A stretch of 40,744 nucleotides of DNA from an uncultured bacterium (lineage in GTDB: Bacteria > Fidelibacterota > UBA2242): the NCBI GenBank assembly GCA_964589175.1, contig CAZPRY010000010.1, positions 62,000-102,743 of the forward strand. The letters are read 5' to 3'. The notes under the pieces are model-generated. The model saw nothing but the letters and a program-made list of their open reading frames with translations. It was not told the DNA's origin and did no database searches. Position numbers and translations under genes: made by a program. Of the stretch, positions 1-10,900 are shown one piece after another (the first letter of the stretch is position 1; each line of letters begins with the position of its first letter).

Positions 1-81
1 AAAGCGGGGTTCCGGCTTCGCCTCCAAATTAACCAGTAAACCAGTTAACGAATCAACCGGCTAATTATTTCATCTTTTAGA

Positions 82-1389
82 TCAGGGCGTGTAATAGTCG
101 ATGACCTCAAATCGGTAGTCGTTTGCCGTGCCGCTGATGGTGAAGACCTGGTAGGGTGTCATCGTATTGCCGGCCGCATCGATGTCGCAGTTGCCGGAAG
201 CGCCGCTGTAATCGACCGCTCCGCCGGCGACCAGTTGCTTCATCTGCGCCCAGCCATTTGTCGGATTAATGGCTGCGTCCCCGCTTGATTCGGCGTTACA
301 GACCGCTGAAATGCTCGTGTTAACAGCCACGCGGTAACCGTCTTCATCGGGTTCGGTGCTCTGTGCGGCCTGTTCCATGGCCAGGGCGAAAATGTAGACG
401 GCGTCATAGAACTGGGCGTTGAACGAACCGACTGCCTGTCCGTGCAATTCCATGAGTCTGTCGGCAAAATGCAGGTAAGCGGCTGAGCTGGTGTCGGGCG
501 CCGACATAACGCCGAAGTTCTTGGGGTTGCCGTTGATGGTACCGGTCAGGAGATCGAGCGAATTACTGAACAGGCTTTCGGAATGCAGGGCATCGGTGAT
601 CATGAAATAGACATTGGCAAAGTTGTGGTCGGAACTGCGCTGGCTAAGACGGGTCAGAAAATCGCCGGCGATACCGGCGTCCAGCATCGAAATAAAAATG
701 GCTTTGGGATTGCTTGCCAGCAATTGATTGATTTTATTGTCGTAGTCGGGATCGTTGGCTGTAATGTTGATTTCGGCGGAAATTGTTTGCCGGTAATACT
801 CCTTGAACCGGGCTGCGAGTCCCTCCGAGAAGTTATCGCCTTCCTGAACGGCGATCGCCACGGATTGGATATTATACTGCTCGACCAGGTGATTGAAGGC
901 CTTGGCCTGCAGGGAATCGGGCGGAACGAGACGCCGGAAATATGGCGAAATACCGGACAGGTTATCCGCCGTAGCGCTGCCTGAAATGAGCGGGTAGAGA
1001 TTATCTTCCGTCATCCAATTAATAATCCCTGCACTGGAAGATGAATAGGCAATGATAAATCCCGCCAGATGGTCGGCGCTTTCGCGGATTTGATCGGCCG
1101 CTGCCGCTGCCGCGACCGCCCGGTCGCTTCCCTCCGAACTGGCGACAATGAGTTCTATCTGATAATTATCGGCGATACCGCCGTTGGCATTGATGTCGGC
1201 GAGGGCGGTTCGGATGGCGTTTTCGCGCAGCGGGCCGTTGTCATTGTCGAGGGGCAAAATAACGCCGAGGCTGATGGTTTTATCGTTTTCGTTAGTGTTT
1301 GAGTTTTCGCATCCGCTCAGAAAGAATACAGCTATCAGTATCATCGGGGGAATGCTTCGAAGAATCCGCATATATTTTGGCCCTTTCAT
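82..1389 (-). CDS. Periplasmic substrate-binding lipoprotein, Leu/Ile/Val-binding (Peripla_BP_6-like) family, ABC-uptake-type
   Basis: Six-frame ORF 82..1416 (-). The best start is the ATG giving MKGPKYMRIL..., preceded by a strong SD (AAGGAG 5 nt upstream on the minus strand, + coords ~1395-1400). Signal peptide with lipobox (FFLSGC). Type-I periplasmic binding fold, similar in overall pattern to LivK/LivJ (GVILPLDNDNGPL..., NANGGIADNYQIELIV). No permease or ATPase partner inside the window. Confidence 0.6.
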   Translation of the reverse strand: MKGPKYMRILRSIPPMILIAVFFLSGCENSNTNENDKTISLGVILPLDNDNGPLRENAIRTALADINANGGIADNYQIELIVASSEGSDRAVAAAAAADQIRESADHLAGFIIAYSSSSAGIINWMTEDNLYPLISGSATADNLSGISPYFRRLVPPDSLQAKAFNHLVEQYNIQSVAIAVQEGDNFSEGLAARFKEYYRQTISAEINITANDPDYDNKINQLLASNPKAIFISMLDAGIAGDFLTRLSQRSSDHNFANVYFMITDALHSESLFSNSLDLLTGTINGNPKNFGVMSAPDTSSAAYLHFADRLMELHGQAVGSFNAQFYDAVYIFALAMEQAAQSTEPDEDGYRVAVNTSISAVCNAESSGDAAINPTNGWAQMKQLVAGGAVDYSGASGNCDIDAAGNTMTPYQVFTISGTANDYRFEVIDYYTP

Positions 1390-1416
1390 TTGACTCCTTT
1401 GTCTGTCGCGCGGCAA

Positions 1417-1615
1417 TCTAAAGAATTATCGGCAATGGGGAAAGGGTTTATGTCGTATTTTGTCCGGTTGGATGAGATCGAGAGTTACCGCAATATTTTG
1501 CCGCATCAGCTGCGATTAAAGCGGACAGCTACCCGACAATAATACGTTGATCCTATCGTGTTCTGTGTTAAATTAAATTGATTTATTCAGAGGAGTTTTA
1601 CTCAAAGAATATTGT
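1417..1615. promoter_or_regulatory. Divergent intergenic region between the lipoprotein gene (-) and the ABC exporter operon (+); AT-rich, likely to hold both promoters
   Basis: 199-nt AT-rich spacer separating divergently oriented genes. Contains TTGATC and TAAATT-like hexamers, but no -35/-10 pair could be assigned rigorously by eye. Confidence 0.3.
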
Positions 1616-3328
1616 GTGTTTCGAATGAATAATTTTCTAAGACGATTACAGACATCCATTATCCAGCGAATAAAAGTGCTATCGTTTCTGCGCCGGGAAA
1701 CGGGCTTCTCTTTGAAGGAAATTATCCTTCAAGGGGCTTTGGGCGGCCTCGCCAACGCGGTGATCCTGGTTATCATGACGATGGCCTTGCAGGATATTTA
1801 CGAAGAGACCGCCGATTTTCGAATTTTTCTGATGTATATCCTGGCGATGGTGATTCTGTTTATGGCGCAGCGCCGGCTCTACTTTCGGTGGGTTCATCTG
1901 CTGGAGGCGGGCGTTGATCGTACCCGCAATCACCTTGCCGGAGCGATTCTGAATAGTCGCCTGGATTTCATCGAGGGAATGGATCTGGGAGAAGTGTACA
2001 ATCGGCTTACCCAGGAGCTGAATAATATCGCGCAGTTCGGCGCTTTCCTGATCACCGGGATTCAATCCGTTTTCTTTTTACTCTTCATCGTCATATTCCT
2101 GGTGAGTTACTTTCTGCCCTCGGTGATTATTATCGGCATCATGACGCTGGCCGGGACCGTAATTTACCTGGGCATCATTCGGAGAATAAGCGAAAGATAT
2201 CAACATGTGAATGCCAAGGAGGTCGAGTATTTTGATCTTGTGCATGATATTCTGAAGGGAACGAAAGAGATTAAATATCATGCGGGTAGAAGAGAACACA
2301 TCGAGAATGATGCGGGCGAGGTATCCACCAACTTGAGAAATAAACGGATCGAGATTGGGCGACTCTATAATTTCGGTACGATCTTCGGAGCAACGTTTTT
2401 CTATGTTCTCTTCGGCGTGATTGTCTTTATCGTTCCCCTTTTCTACTCGCTACCGGCCGGGATGACGATTATTCTGGTGGCCGTTACGATTTATCTGACC
2501 AGCCCGATCAACGATCTTGTGGTCCGAATTCCAATATTCCAGAAAGTCGGGATTTCCATCGGATTCATCGAATCCCTGGAAAATCAACTGCTTAAGAATG
2601 AGGAAAAAATCATAGTCCCCGCTCCTCAAGCCGCCCGGACTCTGCAGGATTTCAGCCGAATTGAGTTGGATAAGATCTCATTTCGTTACAAGAATCATAA
2701 TAATGGCGACTATTTTTCCGTGGGCCCGCTTTCGCTGACCGTACGACGTGGTGAGATATTGTTTCTGACGGGGGGAAACGGTTGTGGTAAAACCACCCTG
2801 TTGAAGTTGATTGCGTCACTGTATACGCCCGATGAAGGGAAAATTCAGGTCGATGCAACTCAACTGAATGAAACCCATCTCTATGAGTACAGGGATCTAT
2901 TTTCCGCCGTTTTCTCTGATTTTCACCTTTTCGACAGGCTTTACGGTATCAATCTAGCGGACCAGAAGAGCTTACCGGACTATTTGGAAATAATGAAATT
3001 GACCGATAAGGTTTCGATCAAAAACGGCACTTTTTCGACTCTGGAACTCTCGACCGGCCAGCGCAAACGCCTGGCGTTGATTGTCGCTATTCTTGAGGAC
3101 AAACCGGTTTATCTTCTGGATGAATGGGCGGCTGAACAGGATCATGAATTGCGGGATTATTTTTACAAACATATGCTCGGGGATTTGCGGCGGAAAGGGA
3201 AAACTCTGGTTGTCGTGAGCCACGATGAGCGTTACTACAATTATGCGGACCGGGTTATTCAAATGGATTACGGAAAAATCAGGGAAGAAATCGCGACGAA
3301 TCATCAACAAACGCAGGAAAAGCAGTAG
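1616..3328 (+). CDS. ABC transporter, fused TMD-NBD half-transporter, SyrD/cyclic-peptide-exporter-like
   Basis: 570-aa ORF. N-terminal ~300 aa hydrophobic (about 6 TM segments). C-terminal NBD with Walker A GGNGCGKTT, signature LSTGQRKRLAL, Walker B VYLLDEWAAEQD, and H-loop VVSHDE. The LSTGQRKRLA/DEWAAEQD combination is typical of the cyclic-peptide transporter (SyrD/YojI-like) family. The ORF track starts at GTG 1616; the ATG at 1625 (MNNFLRR) is an equally plausible start. No clear SD for either. Confidence 0.85.
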   Translation: MFRMNNFLRRLQTSIIQRIKVLSFLRRETGFSLKEIILQGALGGLANAVILVIMTMALQDIYEETADFRIFLMYILAMVILFMAQRRLYFRWVHLLEAGVDRTRNHLAGAILNSRLDFIEGMDLGEVYNRLTQELNNIAQFGAFLITGIQSVFFLLFIVIFLVSYFLPSVIIIGIMTLAGTVIYLGIIRRISERYQHVNAKEVEYFDLVHDILKGTKEIKYHAGRREHIENDAGEVSTNLRNKRIEIGRLYNFGTIFGATFFYVLFGVIVFIVPLFYSLPAGMTIILVAVTIYLTSPINDLVVRIPIFQKVGISIGFIESLENQLLKNEEKIIVPAPQAARTLQDFSRIELDKISFRYKNHNNGDYFSVGPLSLTVRRGEILFLTGGNGCGKTTLLKLIASLYTPDEGKIQVDATQLNETHLYEYRDLFSAVFSDFHLFDRLYGINLADQKSLPDYLEIMKLTDKVSIKNGTFSTLELSTGQRKRLALIVAILEDKPVYLLDEWAAEQDHELRDYFYKHMLGDLRRKGKTLVVVSHDERYYNYADRVIQMDYGKIREEIATNHQQTQEKQ

Positions 3329-3330
3329 AG

Positions 3331-4959
3331 ATGCGGTTTTTTCGACTACTGAAAGAAGAGTTCGGGGAGGATTTTAATAAATATCTGACCATTTCCGTTG
3401 TGTCGGGATTGATGGTTGCCCTGATACTCGTCATCATCATGGTCGCGATGGGGGACGCCGAAGATCCATCCATTGCCCTGGGTCTTGCTTATCTCGCGGT
3501 GCTGATTACCTACGTTTTAGCGCAATATTATTTACTCAGCCAGGGCTGGCAAAAATCGGAGAGTATTTCGGATGTCATCCGCCGGCGTCTCTCGAAGAAA
3601 ATCCTGCAGGCGGATCTGGCGGGGATAGAAAACATCGGTGAAAGTGAGATTTTTGAACGACTGACTCAGGAGACCACCAATATTTCGCAGTCCGCCGTGT
3701 TCCTGATTCCGTCCTTTCAATCGGTGATTTTGCTTATCTTCATTATGATCTATTTGCTTTTTCTGTTTCCTTTAGGAGTGATTGCCCTGATAGCGTTGCT
3801 GGCGGCGGGCGGCTGGCTTTACTGGCGCCGGGCCCAGAAGATTACGCGGATTTTGAAGCACAGCAACGCCTACGAAATTCGCTTCTATCGGATTTTGAGT
3901 GATATTCTAAATGGTATTAAGGAGATAAAGCTGTTCCAGCGCCGAAAACAGGAGATTCTGAAAACCGTCGGAAAGATGTCGCACCTGCTCCGGAAAATCC
4001 ACAAGATCTGTTATCAGAGCTATTCCGAAGAGTTTATCGGTTCACAATTGTTCTTCTTTGTGCTGATCGGGGCGATTTTATTCCTGCTGCCCAGGATTGT
4101 AGAGATGGAAGTTGAAATTTCCATTAAACTGGTGACTTCGGCGTTTTTTATCATGGGGCCGGTTCTAAGCCTGGCGTTTATGATCCCGCTTTTTGAAAAG
4201 ATGAGGCTCTCTTTCGATTATATCCATGAGTTGGAGGAGCGCCTGGACGCGATCCAGGACCGGGCTTTTACGTTGGAACAGACCCAGGAAGATTTTCGGA
4301 ATTTCGGGAATATCGAAATCAGGGATACCGAATTCCATTACGTGAATCCCGGGGGCGACCGAGGGTTTCAAATCGGTCCGCTTAACCTGAAGATCACGAA
4401 GGGAGAAACTCTGTTTATTGTCGGCGGTAACGGCAGTGGCAAAACGACGATGCTAAAAATGTTGTCCTTGTTGTACTACCCAAGCAGCGGAGAAATTTTG
4501 ATAAATGAGGAGAGGATAGGAGATGCCCAGATCATTTCCTACCGGGAGATGTTTTCAGGGATATTTTCAGATTTTCATCTGTTCGCGAAGATGTATGGAT
4601 TCACACGAGAGGAGCTGGATCTCATCAAGCCTTTGCTGAAAAAAATGAAACTGGAGCAGAAAACAAACTTACGCGAAGATCGTTTTACAACGCTGAAACT
4701 TTCAACCGGGCAGCGCAAGCGCCTCGCGATGATTGTGACTTTACTCGAGGATAAACCGATCCTGATATTTGATGAATGGGCGGCCGAACAGGATGCGGAT
4801 TTCCGTGAGTATTTTTATGATACTATCTTGCCGGAGCTGAAAGAAAAAGGCAAGACAATCTTTGTTGTCACACATGATGAACGGTATCAGGGACTTGCAG
4901 ACCGGGTTGTTCAAATGGATTATGGTAAAATTTCGAAGCTTACCAGCATTCCTGCTTGA
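3331..4959 (+). CDS. ABC transporter, fused TMD-NBD half-transporter, paralog of the upstream gene (probable heterodimer partner)
   Basis: 542-aa ORF starting 3 nt after the upstream stop. Hydrophobic N-terminus. Walker A GGNGSGKTT, signature LSTGQRKRLAM, Walker B ILIFDEWAAEQD, H-loop VVTHDE. Same family as 1616..3328. Confidence 0.85.
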   Translation: MRFFRLLKEEFGEDFNKYLTISVVSGLMVALILVIIMVAMGDAEDPSIALGLAYLAVLITYVLAQYYLLSQGWQKSESISDVIRRRLSKKILQADLAGIENIGESEIFERLTQETTNISQSAVFLIPSFQSVILLIFIMIYLLFLFPLGVIALIALLAAGGWLYWRRAQKITRILKHSNAYEIRFYRILSDILNGIKEIKLFQRRKQEILKTVGKMSHLLRKIHKICYQSYSEEFIGSQLFFFVLIGAILFLLPRIVEMEVEISIKLVTSAFFIMGPVLSLAFMIPLFEKMRLSFDYIHELEERLDAIQDRAFTLEQTQEDFRNFGNIEIRDTEFHYVNPGGDRGFQIGPLNLKITKGETLFIVGGNGSGKTTMLKMLSLLYYPSSGEILINEERIGDAQIISYREMFSGIFSDFHLFAKMYGFTREELDLIKPLLKKMKLEQKTNLREDRFTTLKLSTGQRKRLAMIVTLLEDKPILIFDEWAAEQDADFREYFYDTILPELKEKGKTIFVVTHDERYQGLADRVVQMDYGKISKLTSIPA

Positions 4960-4998
4960 CTATAAAAACCAGATTCGCCAGTTTCGTTTTCGCATGAG

Positions 4999-7900
4999 AT
5001 GAGTAGAAAAGATCTACGACTTATGACGAATGAATCGACTAAGAATATCTTTCCACTGACGTCCAATCAAAAGTTGATTTGGAGCGAACAGCGGATTTAT
5101 CCGGTATCACCGCTGTACAATATTTGCACCTACATCGCCATAGACGGATTTGTCGATCCTGATTTGTTGCAGCGCGCAACTCAGATCGTGATCGATCAGA
5201 ATGATGCATTGCGTCTGCAATTTCTGGAAATCGATGACGAGCCTTATCAGCAGTTTCTTCCTCACCTTTCATACCAGCAGTCGAGTCTCGATTTCTCCGG
5301 CGAAGACGAACCCGTTCAGGCTTGTCTGGACTGGATGCAGACGCAGAATGAACGGTGTCTGGACATTAGCAGTGCTCCTCTTTTTCAGGCGGCATTATTA
5401 AAAGCTCGCCCTCAGCAGTTCTTCTGGTATTGCAAGATTCATCACCTGATCAACGACGGTTGGGGAAACCAGGTTCATATGCGGAAGATCACGGAAGCCT
5501 ACAATGCGCTGCTCCATCGAACGGATAGCTCTCCGGGCTTCCCGTACCGGGATTACATCGCAGCAGAATCGAATACTACCGATGCCAGGGATGACCGAAA
5601 AAGTATGGCTTTCTGGCGGGAGTATTTAAAACCATTGCCGCCGGCCCTTTTCAGGCAGCGCCCGGATCGGAAAAACATTAAAGCAGCCCGGACGTCCGCG
5701 CGTCAATCGCTCTCGATCTCCCGGGACCTGTATAAACGATTGTCCGATTTTGCGGCGGATCGGGAAATTTCGTTGTATCATCTATTTCTGAGCGTGATCT
5801 ATCTGATTTTCAGTCGTCTTCGCGATACCCGGGATCTAATCATCGGTCTTCCGGTTCTCAATCGCTCCGGGCAGAAGCACAAGTCGGGTTTAGGGCTGTA
5901 CACCGGAGTTTCATTGCTGAGAGTCCGACCGGGGTCCGGAGAGACCATAGCGGAAATAGTGACGTGGATACGATCGGAACTCCGCCGGATCTACCGTCAT
6001 CAGCATGTACCGTTATCAAAGATCAGATGGCGTTTATTTTCCAAAGAAGCGAACAAAGTGACCTTGTCCAGTCTGTCGGTCTCCTTTCTGGATCACCACC
6101 TGGGCCTTCGATTCGGTGAGGCTGTCGGGCAACTGAGAACGCTGTCCAACAACCATCAGCAGTTGCCGCTGACGATTTATATCCTCAAATATGATGATTC
6201 CGCAGACGCCCAGGTTGAATTCGATTATCACCTGTCCTATTTTACGCCGCAGGAAATGGCGCGAATCACCGGCCGCTTTTCGGAGACTCTCAATCTGGTT
6301 ATGGATAATTATAAAAAGCCGATCGATCAGATCGATATATTTACGCAGGAAGACAGAGAGCTGCTGGTCGGTTGTTCTGGTCCGGGGAGGTCAACGCTTC
6401 CGAAAAATGAAAGTCTTGCTGAACCGTTGAGCCAGGTGACGGAGCCAGCCAGCGGGCAGTCTGCCATCATGGTTGAGCGAGACGATCAAGCTCAGTGCGA
6501 AACGAACAGCGCCGAAACCAGATTAATCAATCTCTGGAAAAAAATCTTCATTCGAAAAAAAATCGGCAGAGACGATCATTTCTTCGAAATCGGTGGCCAC
6601 AGCCTTCTCGCGACGCGTCTCGTATCCATGATACGGACTGAATTTCAGGTTGAAATTCGATTGATAAGTATTTTCGATAATCCTGTTCTAAAGGATTTGG
6701 CCGTCCGGATTAGTTCGCTGGAAAAGGCCGCCAGGCGTTCTATACCGGTTGCAGATCAGAAAGCCTTCTATCCGGTCACTCCTCAGCAGCAAAATCTCTG
6801 GATTCTGTCCCATAAGCCGGGCGCCGGCAATATATACAATATTCCGATGGCCTTTCAGATTGGCGGAGGGATTGATAAAACCGCATTAGAGTCGGCTTTC
6901 CAGTCGATTGTTCAGAGGTACGAGATTTTACATACGGTGTTCATCGAAGAGGATGGTGTTCCATTTCAGCGCGTACTGGAAGATTATGGTTTCCATCTGA
7001 TCGAGCATGATTTGCGTCACGAAGCCGATAAAGAAGCTGCGGCGCGGCAAATTATCGAACAGTATGCCACAGAAAGATTTGATTTAGAACAGGGTCCCCT
7101 ACTAAAAGTGATTTTGCTGGAGTTGGAAAAGAACCGGCATGTACTGCTGATCAATATTCATCATATCATCATGGATGGTTGGTCTTGCGAAATATTGCTC
7201 CGTGAGCTCTCCGCGGCATATCGAAATCTGCCGCCATCGAGTACCGCTCCTTTGCTTCAATATAAAGATTATGCTGTCGGGCACGATCGTAAGCTAAGCG
7301 ATGGATCGCGGGAGACGCAACACGAGTACTGGAAAACCAAACTTAGCGGGGATTGGCTCCCGCTGGCCCTGCCGATGGATCACCCCCGACCTGCCCTTAT
7401 GACTTATCGCGGCGACCGGCTGCGACTGAATTTGCCTTCCGGTATTACCCGGGCTTTAGGCAATTTTGCCAGGACTCACGATACCAGCCCTTATATGCTC
7501 CTCACCGCCTTGGTCAAAATATTACTTTATCATTACAGCGGCCAGGACGATATCGTAGTCGGAACAGTGAATTCCGGAAGAACATCTGAAGAATGTATCG
7601 ATATCATAGGCTATTTTGTCCAGACGCTGCCATTACGGGATCAGGTAATTCCGGAAGAGCACTTTTCGCTCCTGCTCCAACGCGTGAAACAGACGATTCT
7701 CGAGGCCGACGCCAACCAGGACTATCCGTTTGAACGGATTGTTAAGGATTTGGATTTGCCGCTTGATCCTTCCCGTAATCCGCTTTTTGACGTATTTATT
7801 TCATATCAGGATAGTGAAGATTTTAAACTGGAATTGAAAGCACTAAGCGTCGAGAAATACGAGTTCGCCTATCCGATCAGCAAGTTTGACCTGAGTTTCG

Positions 7901-10900
7901 TTTTTGAGCAACGTGGCGAAGATCTTGCCCTGGATATCGAGTTCAATACGGATCTTTATCGACGTGACCGGATCGAGCGAATGGCCGGGCATCTGATTGA
8001 ACTTATTCGAAATGCGATGGCGCATTCGGATCGCCGTATTATGGATCTGTCGATCTTAAGTAAACGGGAGCGAGAGCAGATCCTGGATGAGTTTAATCAC
8101 GCTTCATCATCATCCCCGGATGACCGAACGATTGTAGAATTATTCCAGGAGCAGGTGCTAAAGTCTCCCGATCGGACCGCGGTGGAATTCGGGCAAAGCC
8201 GGATCAGTTATAGAGAATTGGATGAAGAGGCTGAAAAAGCAGCCCATCGTCTCCGCGAACAACATCGGGTTCAACCGGGAGATATTGTCGCTGTACTGCT
8301 GGAGCCATCCGAGCGATTTATCATCTCTATAATGGGAATTTTGAAAGCGGGTGCAGCCTATCTGCCGATCGATCCGATGGCTCCGACTGAGCGGGTTCGG
8401 TTCATGTTGCGTGACAGCAGCAGCGAGGTGTTAATCAGCGATGTCGCCGGTTTGCAGGAGGTCGATGCAATTCCTGATTTAATCGTCGTGGATATTGATG
8501 AAGTACGAACGAGCGAATCCCAAATCGCAAAGAACCATGAATCCCGCGCCCCAAAAGCGGGTCCCGATGATCCGGCATATATGATCTATACTTCGGGTAC
8601 GACCGGCTTCCCGAAAGGGGTGCTGATCGAGAATCGCTCTCTGGTGAATCTCATTTACGCTCAAAAACGCCAGATAGGTTTTACGCAGGACGAACGGCAT
8701 CTCTTGTTCTTTTCGATCTCATTCGACGGATCGGTTTTCAATATTTTCCTGGCCCTGCTTAGCGGCGCTTGCTTGTTGATCCCGAAAAAAGAAATTCTGC
8801 TGGAGCCGGAAAACTTTTGCCAATTCCTGGTTGATTCCGGAACAACTTCACTGATCGTAACGCCTTCTTTTTTACATCAGTTATCCCGGGAAAAATTTCC
8901 GACAATCCGGTGGATCGGTACCGGCGGCGAGCCGGTCATCGCGGAAGACGTTGCTTACTATAGTGCCCGGATGGATTACTTTAATTTTTATGGGCCGACC
9001 GAAGCCACAATCGTGGCGATCAGCTGCCGATTAACGCCGGAGAGCAGCCAACGGGATCTGATTGGAACCCCGGTAGATAACTGCGACATCTTCATACTGG
9101 ATGAATCGATGAATCTGCGGCCGGTCGGGATTGCGGGCGAGATATGTATTGGCGGTGCCGGACTGGCAAAGGGGTACCTGAACCGACCGGAACTCACGGC
9201 CGATAAGTTCGTGACAAATCCGGTTAGGACAGGGGAACTGCTCTACCGCACGGGGGACTATGGTTGCTGGTTGCCGGACGGATCGATTGAATTCTTCGGC
9301 CGCCGGGACAACCAGGTTAAAGTGCGCGGATATCGTGTTGAGTTGGATGAAATCGTGGCGACACTGCATAAGTATCCGGGCATAAAGCAGGCGGTTGTCA
9401 CGACAAAGAAATCTGATTCCGGCAACGCGCGATTATTGGCGTATGTCTCCGGGGATCAACTGGAGCAGAATTCGAAAACGGTTGCAGAAATCAGGGATTA
9501 TCTACAAAAATCGCTACCGTTTTATATGCTTCCATCTTCCATCGTTGTCGTACCCCAAATCCCGCTCACAATTAACCAAAAGGTTGATTTTAAACGGCTT
9601 TCCGGCATGGAGGTAAAGGTCCGGGGAACGATTCCCGCGGCCGATAAAGCTGTACGGAAACTATGCGAAATTTTCGGGACCGTTCTGGGGGTCGAGATTT
9701 CCGGTATCCAGCCAGCTGCCTATTTTTTTGATCTGGGCGCAACGTCATTTGATTTAATGAAAGTTCGCGGAAGAATCAGAACTGTTCTTGGCATAGAAGT
9801 TCCCATTACGGCTTTTTTCCAACATCCGTCGATCAATGAGCTGGCCGCTTATATCGCCTCCGGTCAGAAGAAAGAAAAAATTGATCCGGTCCGGGATTCC
9901 GGAACCATCCCGAAAAAGGACAAGATCGCGATTATCGGGATGGCGGGTCGCTTCCCGGGTGCTGAAAATATTACCGAATTCTGGAACAATCTTATCGAGG
10001 GCAAAGAAACCATCCATTTTTTTACAGAGGAGGAGCTGGAAAATGAGGGCCTTCCGCCTGATTTATTCCGGGCTCCGAATTATGTAAAAGCCTTTGGAAT
10101 GCTCTCCGGAGCGGACTGTTTTGATTCCCAATTTTTCTCCTATCCCGGGTCGTGGGCGGAGTCCCTGGATCCGCAGATTCGTATTTTCCACGAAGTTGTA
10201 TATGCGGCGTTGGAAGATGCCGGGGTAGCGCCCGGCGCTTTCCCGCACCGAATTGGACTCTATGCCGGCTCGAGCGATAACTATCGCTGGAGACGATTCA
10301 TTCAAGGAGCCGGTCAAACCGGGGAAAACGAGGGCTGGATCGATTATATGCTGGCAATTCGTGATTTCCTGACGACTCATGTTGCCTATAAACTAAATCT
10401 GAGGGGTCCGGCTGTTTTTGTGCAGACCGGTTGTTCTACTTCCCTATCCGCCACTCATATGGCGTGCCGGTCTCTCCAGATGGGGGAGTGCGAGCTTGCT
10501 ATTGCCGGGGGAGTGACGGTATCGCTGCCTTACGATAAGGGCTACCATTATGAGGAGGGGATAATTTTCTCTCCGGATGGACATTGCCGTGCTTTTGATG
10601 CGGAAGCATCCGGTACGGTTCCGGGCAATGGCGCCGGAGCTGTTGTTTTGAAACCGCTGGAGCAGGCCGTCCGCGACGGCGATTACATTTATGCAGTCAT
10701 TGCCGGAACTGCGATGAATAATGACGGTTCGCTGAAAGCCGGTTTCACCGCGCCGGCTGTTGAAGGGCAGGTCCAGGTGATCCGGGCGGCCCGGCAAGAA
10801 GCCGGTTGCGATGTGGAGAGTATTGGATATGTCGAAACCCATGGTACCGGAACGATATTAGGCGATCCGGTTGAGATATCCGCCCTGGAGCAGGCTTTTG

